Counted from the stretch's first letter, positions 1 through 13,757 are shown. The stretch: 44,048 bases of DNA from Chiloscyllium plagiosum (GCF_004010195.1 NC_057713.1:102602124-102646171), one strand, 5' to 3'. Numbers and translations are program-made. Notes: generated from the letters alone by a model not told the origin.

Positions 1-871
1 GTCAATGGTGCACAGGAGTGCAGCGGGGGTGCCTGACTGTGTTCGTCAGCTCTGGTCCCAGTGCAGGAGTAAATGGGGCATCGACACGTAACTTCCCATG
101 AAATCACTTCCAGCCTCCTGGCCTGAGTAAACAGCGATACAAAATAACGTTTCTGCTTTATTAGGAGTAAGTTGTGATCTGGGATGTTCTGCCTGAAAAG
201 ATGGTGGAAACAGATCCAGGAGTCACTTTCGAAAGCGAACTGGATAAAGATTTGAAATTATACAGGGCATTGGTGAGGACACACCCTGAATTTTGTGTGT
301 ACTTTTGATCTCAGGGTGCAGAGAAGGTTTACGGAATTGATTCCTGGAATGGTAGGACTGACGTATGAACAGAGAGTGACTCGGCGAGGACTATACTCAG
401 TAGAATTTAGAAGAATGAGTGAGTATGTCATAGAAAACTATAAAATCCTAACAGGAAGAGTGCTTCGGGAAGTACAGATCCAGGAGTTACAACAAAGATT
501 AAGACAAGGTAAGGATCTTTTCGACTGACATGAGGTGAACTAGCTTCAGTCAGAAAGTGGTGAATCTGTGGTATTCATTTTTAACAGAAAGTGAGGCCAA
601 AGATTGAATGTTTTGAAGAAGGATGTAGGTTCTTGTGGTTAAAGGGATCAAGGAATATGGGCTGCGGGGTGAGGGAGGAAGAGATTAGAATATCATCAGC
701 CATTTGAGGGAACACAAAATGAGAGACATGGCAGATAAACTGCATCAAGACAATTCATCACGAGCCCCTAGCGGTATTGTTTTGCGTTGTCTATATTCAG
801 GATGCGAATCATTTCCTGTTTAATTATCCGGTTTAACACAGTGAATGCAGCCTTCTCATCATTGCTGCACC

Positions 872-1625
872 ATGTCGTTCCATTGTCTGGTTTGTCTGTT
901 GATGCTTTCCCCCAGTGAGTGCGACACCGAGCCGTTCGAACCATCAAGTTATAGAGGGACACCATTCAGCTCGTTCTTTTTGTGTTGGGTCTCTCCAGAA
1001 ATCTTCAGCTTGCTCCAACACCCCCTCCCCGCCCCCAGCTGTCCCCCCGCCGCCTTTTCCACGAGCCATCATTTCTTTCCTTTTCTCGAGTTTCTACTAT
1101 TCTCTTCAAAAAGCCAGCAATGAACCTGCCCACAGCCAATGCAGTCGACATTCTCAACACTTGCTGTGTGAATTTTTCTTCCCTCACGTTTATTTTTTTT
1201 AACGATAATTATAAAATTGTGTCTTCTGCATTTGGCCGTTGTATTAATGGGAACTGTTCCTTCCTATCCGCTTTCTTTGTGATTTCTGAATGTCTCCTCA
1301 GCTATGTGACTTTTCGATATTTTATATTTGCAGGTGAACATTTTGCCGAGGTCTTGAGACAGTCACCAATATCGATCACTAGGCCCAAGACATCAACAGT
1401 CAAAATACGATGTGTCACACAACACGCGGTAACTATCCACTGGTACTAACAACAGTCCGACCAGGCGCCTCGAAGGATAATTTATTTCAGCAAAAGCGGC
1501 GTTCTGCTGGATCCGGGAATCCCCTCTAAGTTCTCAATTGAGAAAAGTGTTTCTTCATTCTTCCTTGTAGTTGATAACATTGAACGGTCTGATGCTGCCA
1601 TCTATTACTGTGCCTATTGGATCCC
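872..1625 (+). pseudogene. TRGV: TCR gamma V segment V-a, pseudogene (in-frame stop in FR2)
   Basis: Leader exon 872-914 (MSFHCLVCLLMLSP, donor GTGAGT), 419-bp intron ending TTGCAG at 1333. V exon 1334-1625 reads EHFAEVLRQSPISITRPKTSTVKIRC...IHWY*QQSDQAPRRIIYF...DAAIYYCAYWI, with TAA at 1447-1449. IHWY and YYCAxW are TRGV hallmarks. Confidence 0.9.
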
Positions 1626-1665
1626 CACAGTGAGAAACAACGGAAAGAAGCTCATGGCAAAAACC
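1626..1665 (+). other. RSS of V-a (24-bp spacer)
   Basis: CACAGTG 1626-1632, 24-nt spacer, GCAAAAACC 1657-1665. Confidence 0.85.
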
Positions 1666-4600
1666 CCAAGGCTGCCTTCTACTCAGCGCAGTCGCATAAG
1701 TTTCCAGGCCACAGGTGGATTCCTTGTTACTAAAATACCAAATTGCAAAATCAAACTCAGGATTAACTTCAATTTTAATAATAAAAGCAGAGATAAATAT
1801 GACTGGAGTTTTGAATTCAAGGACAGATGTGGAAATAGGAACAGAGCAGTTCCATGCACGGCTTCAGTATCGCTGATGCCTTATTAGGGTGACACATCTT
1901 GAAGAAATACGTTCAGTTATTCACTTAGTTCGCCTGGCTTTTTTTTCCGCAGTAGATGAATCGGACAATCTTTGCCACACACGTCATTTTGGTTTTGGCC
2001 ATGTATTTAAAAATGGACAAATGGTTCATTTTAGCTTTTATTCCCCTCAACATGTTAAGGTGAGGTAATCAATGTTTCCGAATCATTTTGTGCAAATTCC
2101 AAAGTGGGAAAAACTTAAAATTTCAAGAATACCAATATAATAGATGTTCATTGACCGTTATTCATTCATTAATAACTGCATGCATTTTCAGTGGCAACTT
2201 TGCTCCAGGTATGAATTCCAGCCTATCTCCACACCAGACCTTTCAAATCCTTCCTCTGAATTTCCCACAGGACCTTACGCCGTCTCTTTGTGATGTAATG
2301 CGCACACTTTGCGAACCATTTTTAATTTCCTCCGTTCTGAAAGAGACGTTATTCCCAGTAATCCCTCAAATGCCAGCAGAGCCAACTTTCTTATTTCCAA
2401 ATAATTTACAATCAAATCAACTGACACCACGAAACAATTGATATCATACCTAATTTTCAATTTTGTTTGAAGAGTCGTCCATTAGAAAAAAAATGTGGCC
2501 GATGGTCGATCAGTGGTCTGTTATTCTCATTGGTTTCTCACGTACATATTTAAGAAGTAGCGCCTTACAGACTTCTTAGAAACCGTCCACGTGTGAATCG
2601 CCTGAGTGTTACATTCCCACATGCATTTCCTGTATCCAGATACAATTCGGGTATGTTTACACTTCCCAAAAACACTCTTCTTGGGTTTGAGACCGACTGT
2701 TGTTCTTTGGGTTTTGAAGTTTAGTCAGACGTGTGGCCGTGCCACTGGAGACTGTGGTTACAGTCACCAAGTTAAAAATCACACAACACCAGGTTATCTC
2801 CAAATCATGGTTACAGTCACCGTGTGGATTCTGTGCTGAAGGCAAGATTCCTTTCAATCCTGGATCTTAGACAGACATCAAGACAGTTACCGGGATGCTG
2901 CCAGGAATGCAGGATTTGAGTTATAAGGAGAGGCTGGATAGACTAGGATTTTTTCACTGGAGGGCAGGAAGTTGAGGGGTGCACTTGTACAGGTTTATAA
3001 AATCATGAGGAGTGTAGATAAGATGAATGGCAGACGTCTTTTCCCTAGGGGAGGCGGGGGTTGGTTTCAAGATGAGATGAACTCGAAGACTAGGGGTGAC
3101 AGGAGAAAGATTTTAAACAAGACATGAGGGACTTTACCAGAGAGTGGTTAGTACGTGGAATGAACTTCCAGAGAAAGTAGTGGACGCGAGTACAGTTACA
3201 AAGTTTAAACGACCTTCAGATCGGTACATGAATAAGAAATGTTTGGGCTAAGTTCAGGCAAGCGCGACCAGGTTAAGCTCATAGTCAATGCATCGTTGTC
3301 CTCTGAGAATCATCGTCGAACGGGCTATCCAATTGAACATGAGATGAGAATAACCAGGAGCAGGTGTAGGCAATTCGGACCCTGGAGCATACTCGGTCAT
3401 TTAACACTACCATGACTAATCTCATCTCGTCCTCAACTCCACTTTCCTGTCCGACCCCCAAAATCCTTTAACCTATTACTAAACCAAAATCTATCTGTTT
3501 CCAACTTAGAAATTGACTTCGTACACTGGCGTCCATACACTATGGGGAACTAAATCCTACAGCCTTTGAGAAAAGCAATTCATCCTCATTTCTGTTTTAA
3601 ATCTGCCCCTCCCCCCCCACCCACCCACTACTTTGAAACTATAATTCAATTAGATCTTCTCTCGTTCTTTTGAAGTCTAGAGGAGAAAGGCTTCAACTGC
3701 ACAATCAGTCCTTATAAAACAAACCTTTTGACTCTGGAATTAATCTGGAGAACCTCCTCTGAACTCTCTCCAATGCAATTAAATCTTTCCTGAAGTAAGA
3801 GGGTCAAAACTGTGTGGATGTAGTCTCACCAATGGCTTTGTACAATTGCAACAACAATCGTTGTTCTACTGCATTCCTTCAGCAGTAAATGCCAAAATGC
3901 TACTTGCTTCCTTATTGGAACATAGAACATACACATGCACCCGGGCTCTCAGATCCCATTCCACTGAAGAATATTGATGTTTTTCTCAATTTAGGAAATG
4001 AGTTGCTTTTTTATTCTTCTGACCAACATGCATAACCTCACGTTTATCCACGTTTAGCCTCATGTGCTGAATTTTGGTTGATTTCCTTAAGATACCTGCA
4101 TCCATTTATATTTTTTCTTATTTCTTCATTGCAACTTACTTTCCCACTTATTCTGGTATCACCTACAAATGTAATCATAGTCGATTCTATCGATGCATCG
4201 AGGTCTTTGACACAGATTGTAAAAGGTTTGACCGAAGGTCGATCCTGTCGCGCCACACTAGTTAGATCTTGCCAACCAGAAAAAGGCGTGTTTATTTGGT
4301 CTCTAGTGGGTTACCCTTTATCCATCCTCGTGTATTGCCTCAAACCCCACGTGATCTTACCTTATATAAGGATCCCTGTCGCACGTCATCAAAAGCCTTC
4401 TCGAAGCCTACATATGTTACATTTACAAAACCCCCATTATGCATTTGTTTGTGACATCTTCAAGTACTCTAGCAAATGAATGAAACATGATTTACGCTTC
4501 AGCAAATCATCCCGACTCTCCAGAATTGCATTTTGAATTTACAAATGTCGTCTTACTACATCCTTAATAATGAACACTAACAATACCCTAACGTCAGACA

Positions 4601-5003
4601 TTAAACAGACTGGTCTATGAAGGGAGTGTATTAGCATTTTTCTAATTGACTGGAACTTCTCCAGAATACAATCAATTTTGGAATGTCGTCTATTGGTGCA
4701 ATTTCAGGATTTCGATCAGGTAAACAACAAAAGCGTACTCCAATATCAAAGAAAATTGGGAATGATAACTCTTCCCCATGTGGGCTCAGTGAATCTTCTG
4801 ATGCAACCCAGCGTAAAGCAGCTGCGTGACTGTGCACAGTATTTGAAATTGTGCGCAATGTTCGAACGTTTCCTTTATTCCCTTTATTTCGTTAGGTCCA
4901 TTGGCTCGACAGCTGGTTCACAATGCAGAGTGACGCCCCCAGCTTGGATGTTACCATGAAGGGCTCTACTTCTCAACTTTTCACCCAAACTTGAGGCGCG
5001 GTG

Positions 5004-5503
5004 NNNNNNNNNNNNNNNNNNNNNNNNNNNNNNNNNNNNNNNNNNNNNNNNNNNNNNNNNNNNNNNNNNNNNNNNNNNNNNNNNNNNNNNNNNNNNNNNN
5101 NNNNNNNNNNNNNNNNNNNNNNNNNNNNNNNNNNNNNNNNNNNNNNNNNNNNNNNNNNNNNNNNNNNNNNNNNNNNNNNNNNNNNNNNNNNNNNNNNNNN
5201 NNNNNNNNNNNNNNNNNNNNNNNNNNNNNNNNNNNNNNNNNNNNNNNNNNNNNNNNNNNNNNNNNNNNNNNNNNNNNNNNNNNNNNNNNNNNNNNNNNNN
5301 NNNNNNNNNNNNNNNNNNNNNNNNNNNNNNNNNNNNNNNNNNNNNNNNNNNNNNNNNNNNNNNNNNNNNNNNNNNNNNNNNNNNNNNNNNNNNNNNNNNN
5401 NNNNNNNNNNNNNNNNNNNNNNNNNNNNNNNNNNNNNNNNNNNNNNNNNNNNNNNNNNNNNNNNNNNNNNNNNNNNNNNNNNNNNNNNNNNNNNNNNNNN
5501 NNN
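5004..5503. other. Assembly gap (others at 22102-22299 and 24372-24562)
   Basis: N runs. Confidence 1.
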
Positions 5504-6644
5504 CCAGACCACAGGTGGAGTCCTTGTTACTAAAATACCAAATCGCAAAATCAAACTCAGGATTAACTTCAATTTTAATAATAAAAGCAGAGATAAATAT
5601 GACTGGAGTTTTGAATTCAAGGACTGATGTGGAAATAAGAACAGTTACGTGCACGGCTTCAGTATCGCTGATGCCTTATTAGGGTGACACATCTTGAAGA
5701 AATATGTTCAGTTATTTCACTTAGTTCGCCTGGCTTTTTTTTCCGCAGTGGATGAATCGGACAATCTTTGCCACACACGTCATTTTGGTTTTGGCCATAT
5801 ATTTAAAAATGGACAAATGGTTCATTTTAGCTTTTTTTCCCCTCAACATGTTAAGGTGAGGTAATCAATGTTTCCGAATCAGTTTGTGCACATTCCTAAG
5901 TGGGAAAAACTTAAAATTCCAAGAATACCAATATAATGGATGTTCATTGACCGTTAATCATTCATTAATAAATAATTTAGCAGATCTACCCTGCATGCAT
6001 TTTCAGTGGCAACTTTGCTCCAGGTGTGAATTCCAGCCTATCTCCACACCAGACCTTTCAAATCCTTCCTCTGAATTTCCCACAGGACCTTCCGTGTCTC
6101 TTTGTGAAGTAATGTGCACACTTCGCGAACCATTCTTGATTTCCTCCGTTTTGAAAGAGACGTTATTCCCAGTAATCCCTCAAATGCCAGCACAGCCAAC
6201 TTTCTTATTTCCAAATAAACTACAATGAAATCAACTGACACCACGAAACAATTGATATCATACCTAATTTTCAATTTTGTTTGTAGAATCGTCCATTAGA
6301 AAGAAAACGAGGCCGATGGTCGATCAGTGGTCTGTTATTTTCATTGGTTTCTCACGTACATATTTAAGAAGTAGCGCCTTACAGACTTCTTAGAAACCGT
6401 CCACGTGTGAATCTCCTGAGAGTTACATTCCCACTTGCTTTTCCTGTATCCAGATAAAATTCGGGTATGTTTACACTTCCCAACAACACTCTTCTTGGGT
6501 TTGAGACCGACTTATGTTCTTTGGGTTTTGAAGTTTAGTCAGACGTGTGGCCGTGCCACTGGAGACTGTGGTTACAGTCACCGTGTTGGATTCTGTGCTG
6601 AAGGCAAGATTCCTTTCAATCCTGGATCTCAGACAGACATCAAG

Positions 6645-7118
6645 ACAGTTACCGGGATGCTGCCAGGAATGCAGGATTTGAGTTATAAGGAGAGGCTGGA
6701 TAGACTAGGACTTGGTTCACTGGAGGGCAGGAAGTTGAGGGGTGCACTTATACAGGTTTATAAAATCATGAGGAGTATAGATAAGATGAATGGCAGACGT
6801 CTTTTCCCTAGGGTAGGCGGTGGTTGGTTTCAAGATGAGATGGACTCGAAGACTAGGGGTGACAGGGGAAAGATTTTAAACAAGACATGAGGGACTTTCC
6901 CAGAGAGTGGTTAGTACGTGGAATGAACATCCAGAGAAAGTAGTGGACGCGAGTACAGTTACAAAGTTTAAACGACCTTCAGATCGGTACATGAATAAGA
7001 AATGTTTGGAGAAACATGGGCTAAGTGCAGACAAGCGCGACCAGTTTAGCTTGGGATTATGGTCGGCATGGATTGGTTGGGCCGAAGGGTCTGTTTCCGT
7101 GCTGTATGACTCTATAAC
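6645..7118 (+). mobile_element. CR1-like LINE 3' fragment (paralogs about 2885-3270 and 23500-25012)
   Basis: MLPGMQDLSYKERLDRLGL.SLE.RKLRG.LIQVYKIM, followed by a 3' UTR ending GGGTCTGTTTCCGTGCTGTATGACTCTAT. Confidence 0.8.
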
Positions 7119-7359
7119 TCATTTTGATTTGCATTTTAGAACAAAGAACAAAAAAATTACATCACAGGAACCTCCCCTTCGGCCCACCAAGCCTGCACCG
7201 ATTTATTTTCCACAGGTTGCTCACATAACCTCATAGCGGATGGGGTTGGGTATGGGCTGTGGTTCATGAATGGCTGGTTGATGTTAAGCTCATAGTCAAT
7301 GCATCGTTGTCCTCTGAGAATCATCGTCGAACGGGCTATCCAATTGAACATGAGAACAG

Positions 7360-8800
7360 AATAACCAGGAGAAGGTGTAGGCAATTCGGACCCTGGAGCA
7401 TACTCGGTCATTTAACACTACCATGACTAATCTCATCTCGTCCTCAACTCCACTTTCCTGCCCGACCCCCAAAATTTTTAAAGCTATTACTAATTCAAAA
7501 TCTATCTGTTTCCAACTTAGAAATTGACTTCGTACCCTGGCGTCCATACACTATGGGGGACTAAATCCGACAGCCTTTGAGAAAAGCAATTTATCCTCAT
7601 TTCTGTTTTAAATCTGCCCCCGCCACCCACTACTTTGAAACTATAATTCAACTAGATCTTCTCTCGTTCTTTTGAAGTCTAGAGGAGAAAGGCCTCAACT
7701 GCACAATCAGTCCTTGTAAAACAAACCTTTTGACTCTGGAATTAATCTGGAGAACCTCCTCTGAACTCTCTCCAATGCAATTAAATCTTTCCTGAAGTAA
7801 GAGGGTCAAAACTGTGTGGATGTAGTCTCACCAATGGCTTTGTACAATTGCAACAACAATCGTTGTTCTACTGCATTCCTTCAGCAGTAAATGCCAAAAT
7901 GCTACTTGCTTCCTTATTGGAACAGAACATACACATGCACCCGGGCTCTCAGATCCCACTCCACTGAAGAATATTGATGTTTTTCTCAATTTAGGAAATG
8001 AGTTGCTTTTTTATTCTTCTCACCAACATGTATAACCTCACATTTATCCACGTTTAGCCTCATGTGCTGAATTTTGGTTGATTTCCTGAAGATACCTGCA
8101 TCCATTTATATTTTTTCTTATTTCTTCATTGCAACTTACTTTCCCACTTATTCTGGTATCACCTACAAATGTGATCATAGTCCATTCTATCGATGCATCG
8201 AGGTCTTTGACACAGATTGTAAAAGGTTTGACCGAAGGTCGATCCTGTGGCACCAAACTCGTTAGATCTTGCCAACCAGAAAAAGGCGTGTTTATTTGGT
8301 CTCTAGTGGGTTACCCTTTATCCATTCTCGTGTATTGCCTCAAACCCCACGTGATCTTACCTGATATAAGGTTTCCTGTCGCACGTCATCAAAAGCCTTC
8401 TCGAAGCCTATACATGTTACATTTACAAAACCCCCATTATGCATTTGTTTGTGACATCTTCAAGTACTCTAGCAAATGAATGAAACATGATTTACGCTTC
8501 AGCAAATCATCCCGACTCTCCAGAATTGCATTTTGACTTTACAAATGTCGTCTTACTACATCCTTAATAATGTATTCTAACAATACCCTAACGTCAGACA
8601 TTAGACAGACTGGTCTATGAAGGGAGTGTATTAGCATTTTTCTAATTGACTGGAACCTCTCCAGAATACAATCAATTTTGGAATGTCGTCTATTGGAGCA
8701 ATTACAGGATTTCGATCAGGTAAACAACAAAAGCATACTCCAATATCAAAAGAAAATTGGGAATGATAACTCTTCCCCATGTGGGCTCAGTGAATCTTCT
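7360..8800 (-). mobile_element. Old antisense CR1-like LINE remnants (paralogs about 3350-4800 and 25260-26500)
   Basis: Minus-strand degenerate RT: VPQD...FTICVKDLD...ITFVGDTRISG. Confidence 0.6.
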
Positions 8801-10564
8801 GATGCAACCCAGCGTCAAGCAGCTGCGTGACTGTGCACAGTATTTGAAATTGTGCGCAATGTTCGAACGTTTCCTTTAATCCCTTTATTTCGTTAGGTCC
8901 ATTGGCTCGACAGCTGGTTCACAATGCAGAGTGACGCCCCCAGCTTGGATTCAATTCCTGCTCGAGCTGATGTTACCTTGAAGGGCTCTACTTCTCAACT
9001 TTTCACCCAAACTTGAGGCGCGGTGACCCTCAGGTTAAACCACCATCAGTCGATTTTTTCTCTCAGCAAGACAGAATCCCTATAGTCCTCGAGGACTATG
9101 GCAGCTTCACATATATAGTAAATTCGAACAAAATGAACATTTAGAGTATAGACACTAGCGGTTGGGCATCAACTGTTTGGAACAGGTGGTTTCCGAGTTA
9201 GAATGACGCCGGTTGTTATATTAAGAAAGACACCCAACAACACAGTACATTGAGTTTCTGGCACATTTTTTATTTAACTTTGGACAGCTGGGTGAAACTT
9301 TGTTGAACATTTCCTCAGCACAGAATTGAATGAAGAGAGTGCAGGATGTGTACGTTTTTTAAGAAGGATTACACTCCTGGGTCAGATGACGGATATATTT
9401 CACTGATGTGAGCGGATTCATCTGACTTTGAGCACATGAATTATCCATCGTTTCAAAGGTGGATCTGGATGGAATGGGTTCGAAAGTATTAGTATTTGCG
9501 TTATATCTTGCAAGACATAGTTTCTTTTTCTCTTCTGAAGGCACCGAGGGGTGTGGGGCGAGTGGGGGAATATGGCATTGAGCTATCGGTTCAGCCATGA
9601 CCATATTGCAAGCCGAACATGTTCGAAAAGCTGAATGGACTACTGTGCTCTCAGTTTCTATTTTATATTTCATGAGCAGGACATTTCCTAAAAACGTTCA
9701 TATTATTAAAGCCGTTGTAAATCACAGACATGAAGCGGCCAAGTTGCACACAAGATCCCTCAACGGGCAGTAAGGTAAACGTTAAAGATCTAGGTTAGTG
9801 ACAGTAGTTGAAGATAAATATTGGTCAGGACACCAAAGGAAATCCGTTATTTTAATCAAGGTCGGTTCATCTGCATTCATTTCAAACGGCCATAGGAAGT
9901 ACAAAATAGAGGAAATGGCAAGAATTAAAATAAGAAACAGAAACAGGAGTAAAGCATGATTGCTGCAGCCTATTCCAACACATATTACGATTTTGATCAA
10001 TGATCTGCCTCAATTCCCCTCATCCCTGTCTCTCTAAAAGAACAAAATTCTTGTCATCTGGGTTTCAACATACTCAGTTATAGACCAAACCCCAATAGTT
10101 TGGGATAGAAATTTCCACAGATTCACCACCTGCAAGGAAGATGTTTCTTCTCATCCTAGTCTAGAGCAACAAATTCCTTACTCTCAAGTTGTGCCCCCTT
10201 CTGGCCTCGTTCCACATCTTCCAATCGGGGAAACAAGACTTGTGACTATCCTATCAGACCTTTCAAAATATTTTGTTTCAGTTCGAACACCTCTCATTGT
10301 TCTGAACTCTTGAGCATATAGAGACTACGTAATCAAGCTCTCGTTTTCGGACAACCACCCTCTTTCCAGTAACCAAGCTATTGAACATTTGCTGTACTGC
10401 CTCCTATGAATATATATATTTCCTTACACTAAAACTGCACGTAGTCTTAGCAAAGGCACATACACTTGTAGCAAGGTGTCCTCAGACTTGCACCTGATGC
10501 TATTGAATGAAAGGCAAACATATGACTTACTTGCTTAATTGCTTCCTACATCTAATTGGTTAGA

Positions 10565-10692
10565 TGAACCACTTGATGAAGGAGCAGCGCTCCGAAAGCT
10601 AGTGCTTCCAATTAAATCTGTTGGACTATCACGTGGTGTGGTGTGATTTTTAACTTTGTACACACCAGTCCAACACCGGCATCTCCAAATTA
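10565..10692 (+). mobile_element. Short Penelope-like terminal fragment (also about 28408-28533 and 36858-36986)
   Basis: Same sequence as the ends of the 23868-24886 element, with a mutated hammerhead core. Confidence 0.65.
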
Positions 10693-11379
10693 CATCTAAG
10701 TGCTAATTTTCTGTTTTCGTTGTACAGGCAAGGCAAACTTCCCTGCACTTCATTTTCAGAGAGTGAGTCTGAAAGAAAGAAAGTGAGAACAGTATAATGG
10801 ACAGACAATCAGAAAAGGAAGGCAGAGAAGAGCGGGAGAAAAAATAGAGAGAACATGAGATGTAAACAAGCAAAGATAGTGTAAAGCAGGAAGAGAGGAC
10901 ATGAGAAGAGAAAGGACGACCCTGATGATATGGAGGACAGGAAAAAGAATGGGAAAGGGCAGGAGATCACAAAAGAGATAAAGACCAGGACCAAAAAGGG
11001 AAAGGAAAGGGAGAAAGGACAGAGGAAAGAAAAAGATAGGAGTCTGAGGATGGGAGAGACAGAGCCAGAAAGAGTTACACATCTGGTGGAAACAATAGGC
11101 GGAACATTGATCACATGAATTAGTTTGAAAATCCAAAGATGACGTTGAAGAAGGAGTTCAAATCACAAATGCAGCAGACACCATTGGGAATAAACTGGTT
11201 GCCTTTGACAAACAACAAAATGAGTGCAGGTCAGAGGAGGTAATGGACAAGCCACAACAACCTCTGGTCAGACCAGGTTGAGTGATATTGCCATTTCAGG
11301 TCACCCAAACAAGATACACTGGAGACAGTGACAGAGATGTCATAGATTGCTTTCATTGTGAGTAGTTTGATCTATGCAC

Positions 11380-12151
11380 TATTACAACATGGCGGTGAAT
11401 CCTTCTGTTAATTAAACCTAACACCCAGAAAACTGCACCAATCCGGGTAATCTGTTAAAGTATGAGTGACAAAGAACTCCCAAATTCCACTCTTTAAATT
11501 TATTCTTTAACTCTAAAAGTGAGCATTAAACAACAATTATTCACAGTTCTAAGCCCCCTTTCTCTTAACTGCTATTACCTGTCCCCAATTCTATAAAACT
11601 ATACTGTTCCAAGAAGCACTTATTAAAATTATATCAACTTAATTTCAAAACCATACAGCGGCTGTCATCTCCAGTGTCTTCCTTCTTTTGGCTGAAGATC
11701 TCCCTGCATCATCTTCTTTCAGTTTTCTTTGATTTTTTTTCATATGAAAAGGTACCTTTGACAGAGAGTGTTTCAACGTTTTGGGTCTCTCTCCCTCTCT
11801 ATGGCAGCTACCCTCTCGATGGCAGTTACTCTGCCTGACTTTCAAAATGCCTGCTTTTTAAGCACTCCCAACATCAGAACATCTCATTGGTTCAACGTTG
11901 GCAAAATAAATTCAAACTCGATTGGGTTTCACTATCCTGGGGCATAATTTAAATTAATTAATTAAATTTGAATTGCTGTCAAAACAGCAACCAACTCCAT
12001 TTCACAGCGAAATGTTACATATTTTCAATTTCGCAGTACACTCTGAGACTGCTAGCTAGTCATTGCAGGTGCTTATCAGCTCTCAGTTCAGAACAGTATT
12101 CACTCTCTTTTACACTACACACATACACTACACACCTTCAACTTCATAACA
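11380..12151. mobile_element. Possible solo LTR (paralog about 29235-30015)
   Basis: TATTACAAC...CATAACA termini, resembling degenerate TG..CA inverted ends, flanked by GCAC/GCAA. Confidence 0.3.
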
Positions 12152-13096
12152 GCAAAACAATTGAGTGGGGCATAGCAATATTCTTCTGACTGCACAAAGT
12201 TGTTACTGGAATAAGAAAGGTAGATCTAAGGGTTCTTGTGGTGCAGTGGTAGTCCCCCTGTACTTACCCCAAGAGACCCTTGTTCAAGTCCCACCTGCCT
12301 CTAAAGGCATGTGATAACATTTCTGAAGAGGTTGATGAGAACATACAAAAAAAAGTAGATCTTTAATAAATAATGGAAATTGTTGGAAAAGCTTAGCAGG
12401 TCCGGCAACATCTGTGAAGAGAAATCAGAGTTAAAGTTTTCGGTCTGGTGACCCTCAGAACTGCAGATCTATAATCTTATTTTCAAGTAAACGGGTGGAA
12501 TGGGACAAGGAAACACATGAAAACCTATTAGAGCAAAGGTCCTGTGCAAAAGTGAAAGCAATGTACACAGTGAGTGATCAACGTGGTTGACTTAACTTGA
12601 TTCACTAGTTTCGCATGGACCTGCGTATAGTGAAAAGTTTTGTTTTGTGTGCAGTACAGTCAGATTATACCATACAAACTGCATTAGGGAAATAGAACAG
12701 AGTGACAGGTGGCAGAGAAGGTGCACAAGGAGCAAAATCAACATTGAATTTAAAATTGAGAGGTCCATTCAGAAGTTAATTAAAGAGGGAAAGAAGCTTT
12801 CTGGAATTTGTTGGCACGTCTGTTTAAGCCTTTATATCTTCTGCCCAAGGAAGAGGTTGGAAGAGACTATTACCGGGTGGGAGAGGTCTTTGAATATGTT
12901 GGTGCCCTTGCGAGGCAGTGAGAAGTATGGGTGGGCAGAGCAATTTGCTGCAGATGCTAGAATCTATACTGAAAACAAAAAGCTGCTGGAGATCACAGCG
13001 GGTCAGGCAGCCTCCACGGGGAGGAAACAAGCTAACGTTTCGAGTGGAGATGACTCTTCAGCAGGTTGCCTTGCGTGTTGTACTGGGGTGTGTTGA

Positions 13097-13277
13097 GGGG
13101 CGGATTTAAAGAAAATGTCAACAAGGTGAAAACGCCCACTCACTGAATGAAAACGTCATTCTCGAGGCCACAGAAAGGTTTAATTGGATAAAATTGGTTG
13201 ACATCACTTCCGATTTTGCATTGACCTCTTGAGGGCTTTAAGTGAATCCCAATCAGTTGCACGTTGACCACATCAAC
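13097..13277 (+). promoter_or_regulatory. Putative V-b promoter
   Basis: GC box at 13097, ATTGG at 13183 and 13193, CRE-like TGACATCA 13199-13206 overlapping ETS-like ACTTCCG, CCAAT at 13249. Confidence 0.45.
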
Positions 13278-13718
13278 ATGAAGGGTCACGTCCTTGCGAT
13301 TTTGCTCACCGCTCTTCTCGGTCAGTACAGCAAGTTCCAACTGATTATTTCCGTATTCTGTGGCCTCTGTATTAACAAATAACTTGATTTGCATCTCTTT
13401 CACTGACAGGGAAATCTGTTGCTCAAACCTTGACACAATCTCCAATCTCAATGACCAGAGCTCTGGGGAAGACTGTACGGTTTGAATGTAAGTTTGAAGG
13501 GAGTGATTTCGACAATGCGGTTATCCATTGGTACCGGCAGATCCCGGGTCAAGGGCTACAGCGCCTGCTATATTTCAAGAATCCGTCCGAGACTCAGCAA
13601 GATATGGCCGACAAAGTACTTTTTGCTGACAAAATATCTGCGACCAAAACGTGCAGGTTGCTCATGAGGAAAATCAAAGAGGATGACTCTGGGGTCTATT
13701 ACTGTGCGTTCTGGACTG
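13278..13718 (+). CDS. TRGV: TCR gamma V segment V-b, apparently functional
   Basis: Leader 13278-13320 (MKGHVLAILLTALL, donor GTCAGT), 89-bp intron, open V exon 13410-13718: KSVAQTLTQSPISMTRALGKTVRFEC...IHWYRQ...DSGVYYCAFWT. Confidence 0.93.
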
Positions 13719-13757
13719 CACAGTAACTGAAAGGCAGGGGAAACCCGCACAAAAAGC
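13719..13757 (+). other. 23-RSS of V-b
   Basis: CACAGTA, 23-nt spacer, ACAAAAAGC. Confidence 0.9.

Larger units (their letters stand above)
1..5003 (+). repeat. Segmental duplication copy A (partial)
   Basis: Position 1 aligns to 20420; 1704-5003 aligns to 5504-9025 and to about 22305-26745. Confidence 0.9.

Noticed and set aside
4884-5654. Long ORFs spanning N runs
   Set aside because: Gap artefacts.
10756-11136. Hydrophobic minus-strand ORFs (also 28493-28991)
   Set aside because: Artefact of a purine-rich low-complexity tract; the frame is not conserved between paralogs.
13387-13394. Ig octamer ATTTGCAT in the V-b intron
   Set aside because: Wrong position for a promoter octamer; the motif also occurs in intergenic DNA (about 7127 and 25022).
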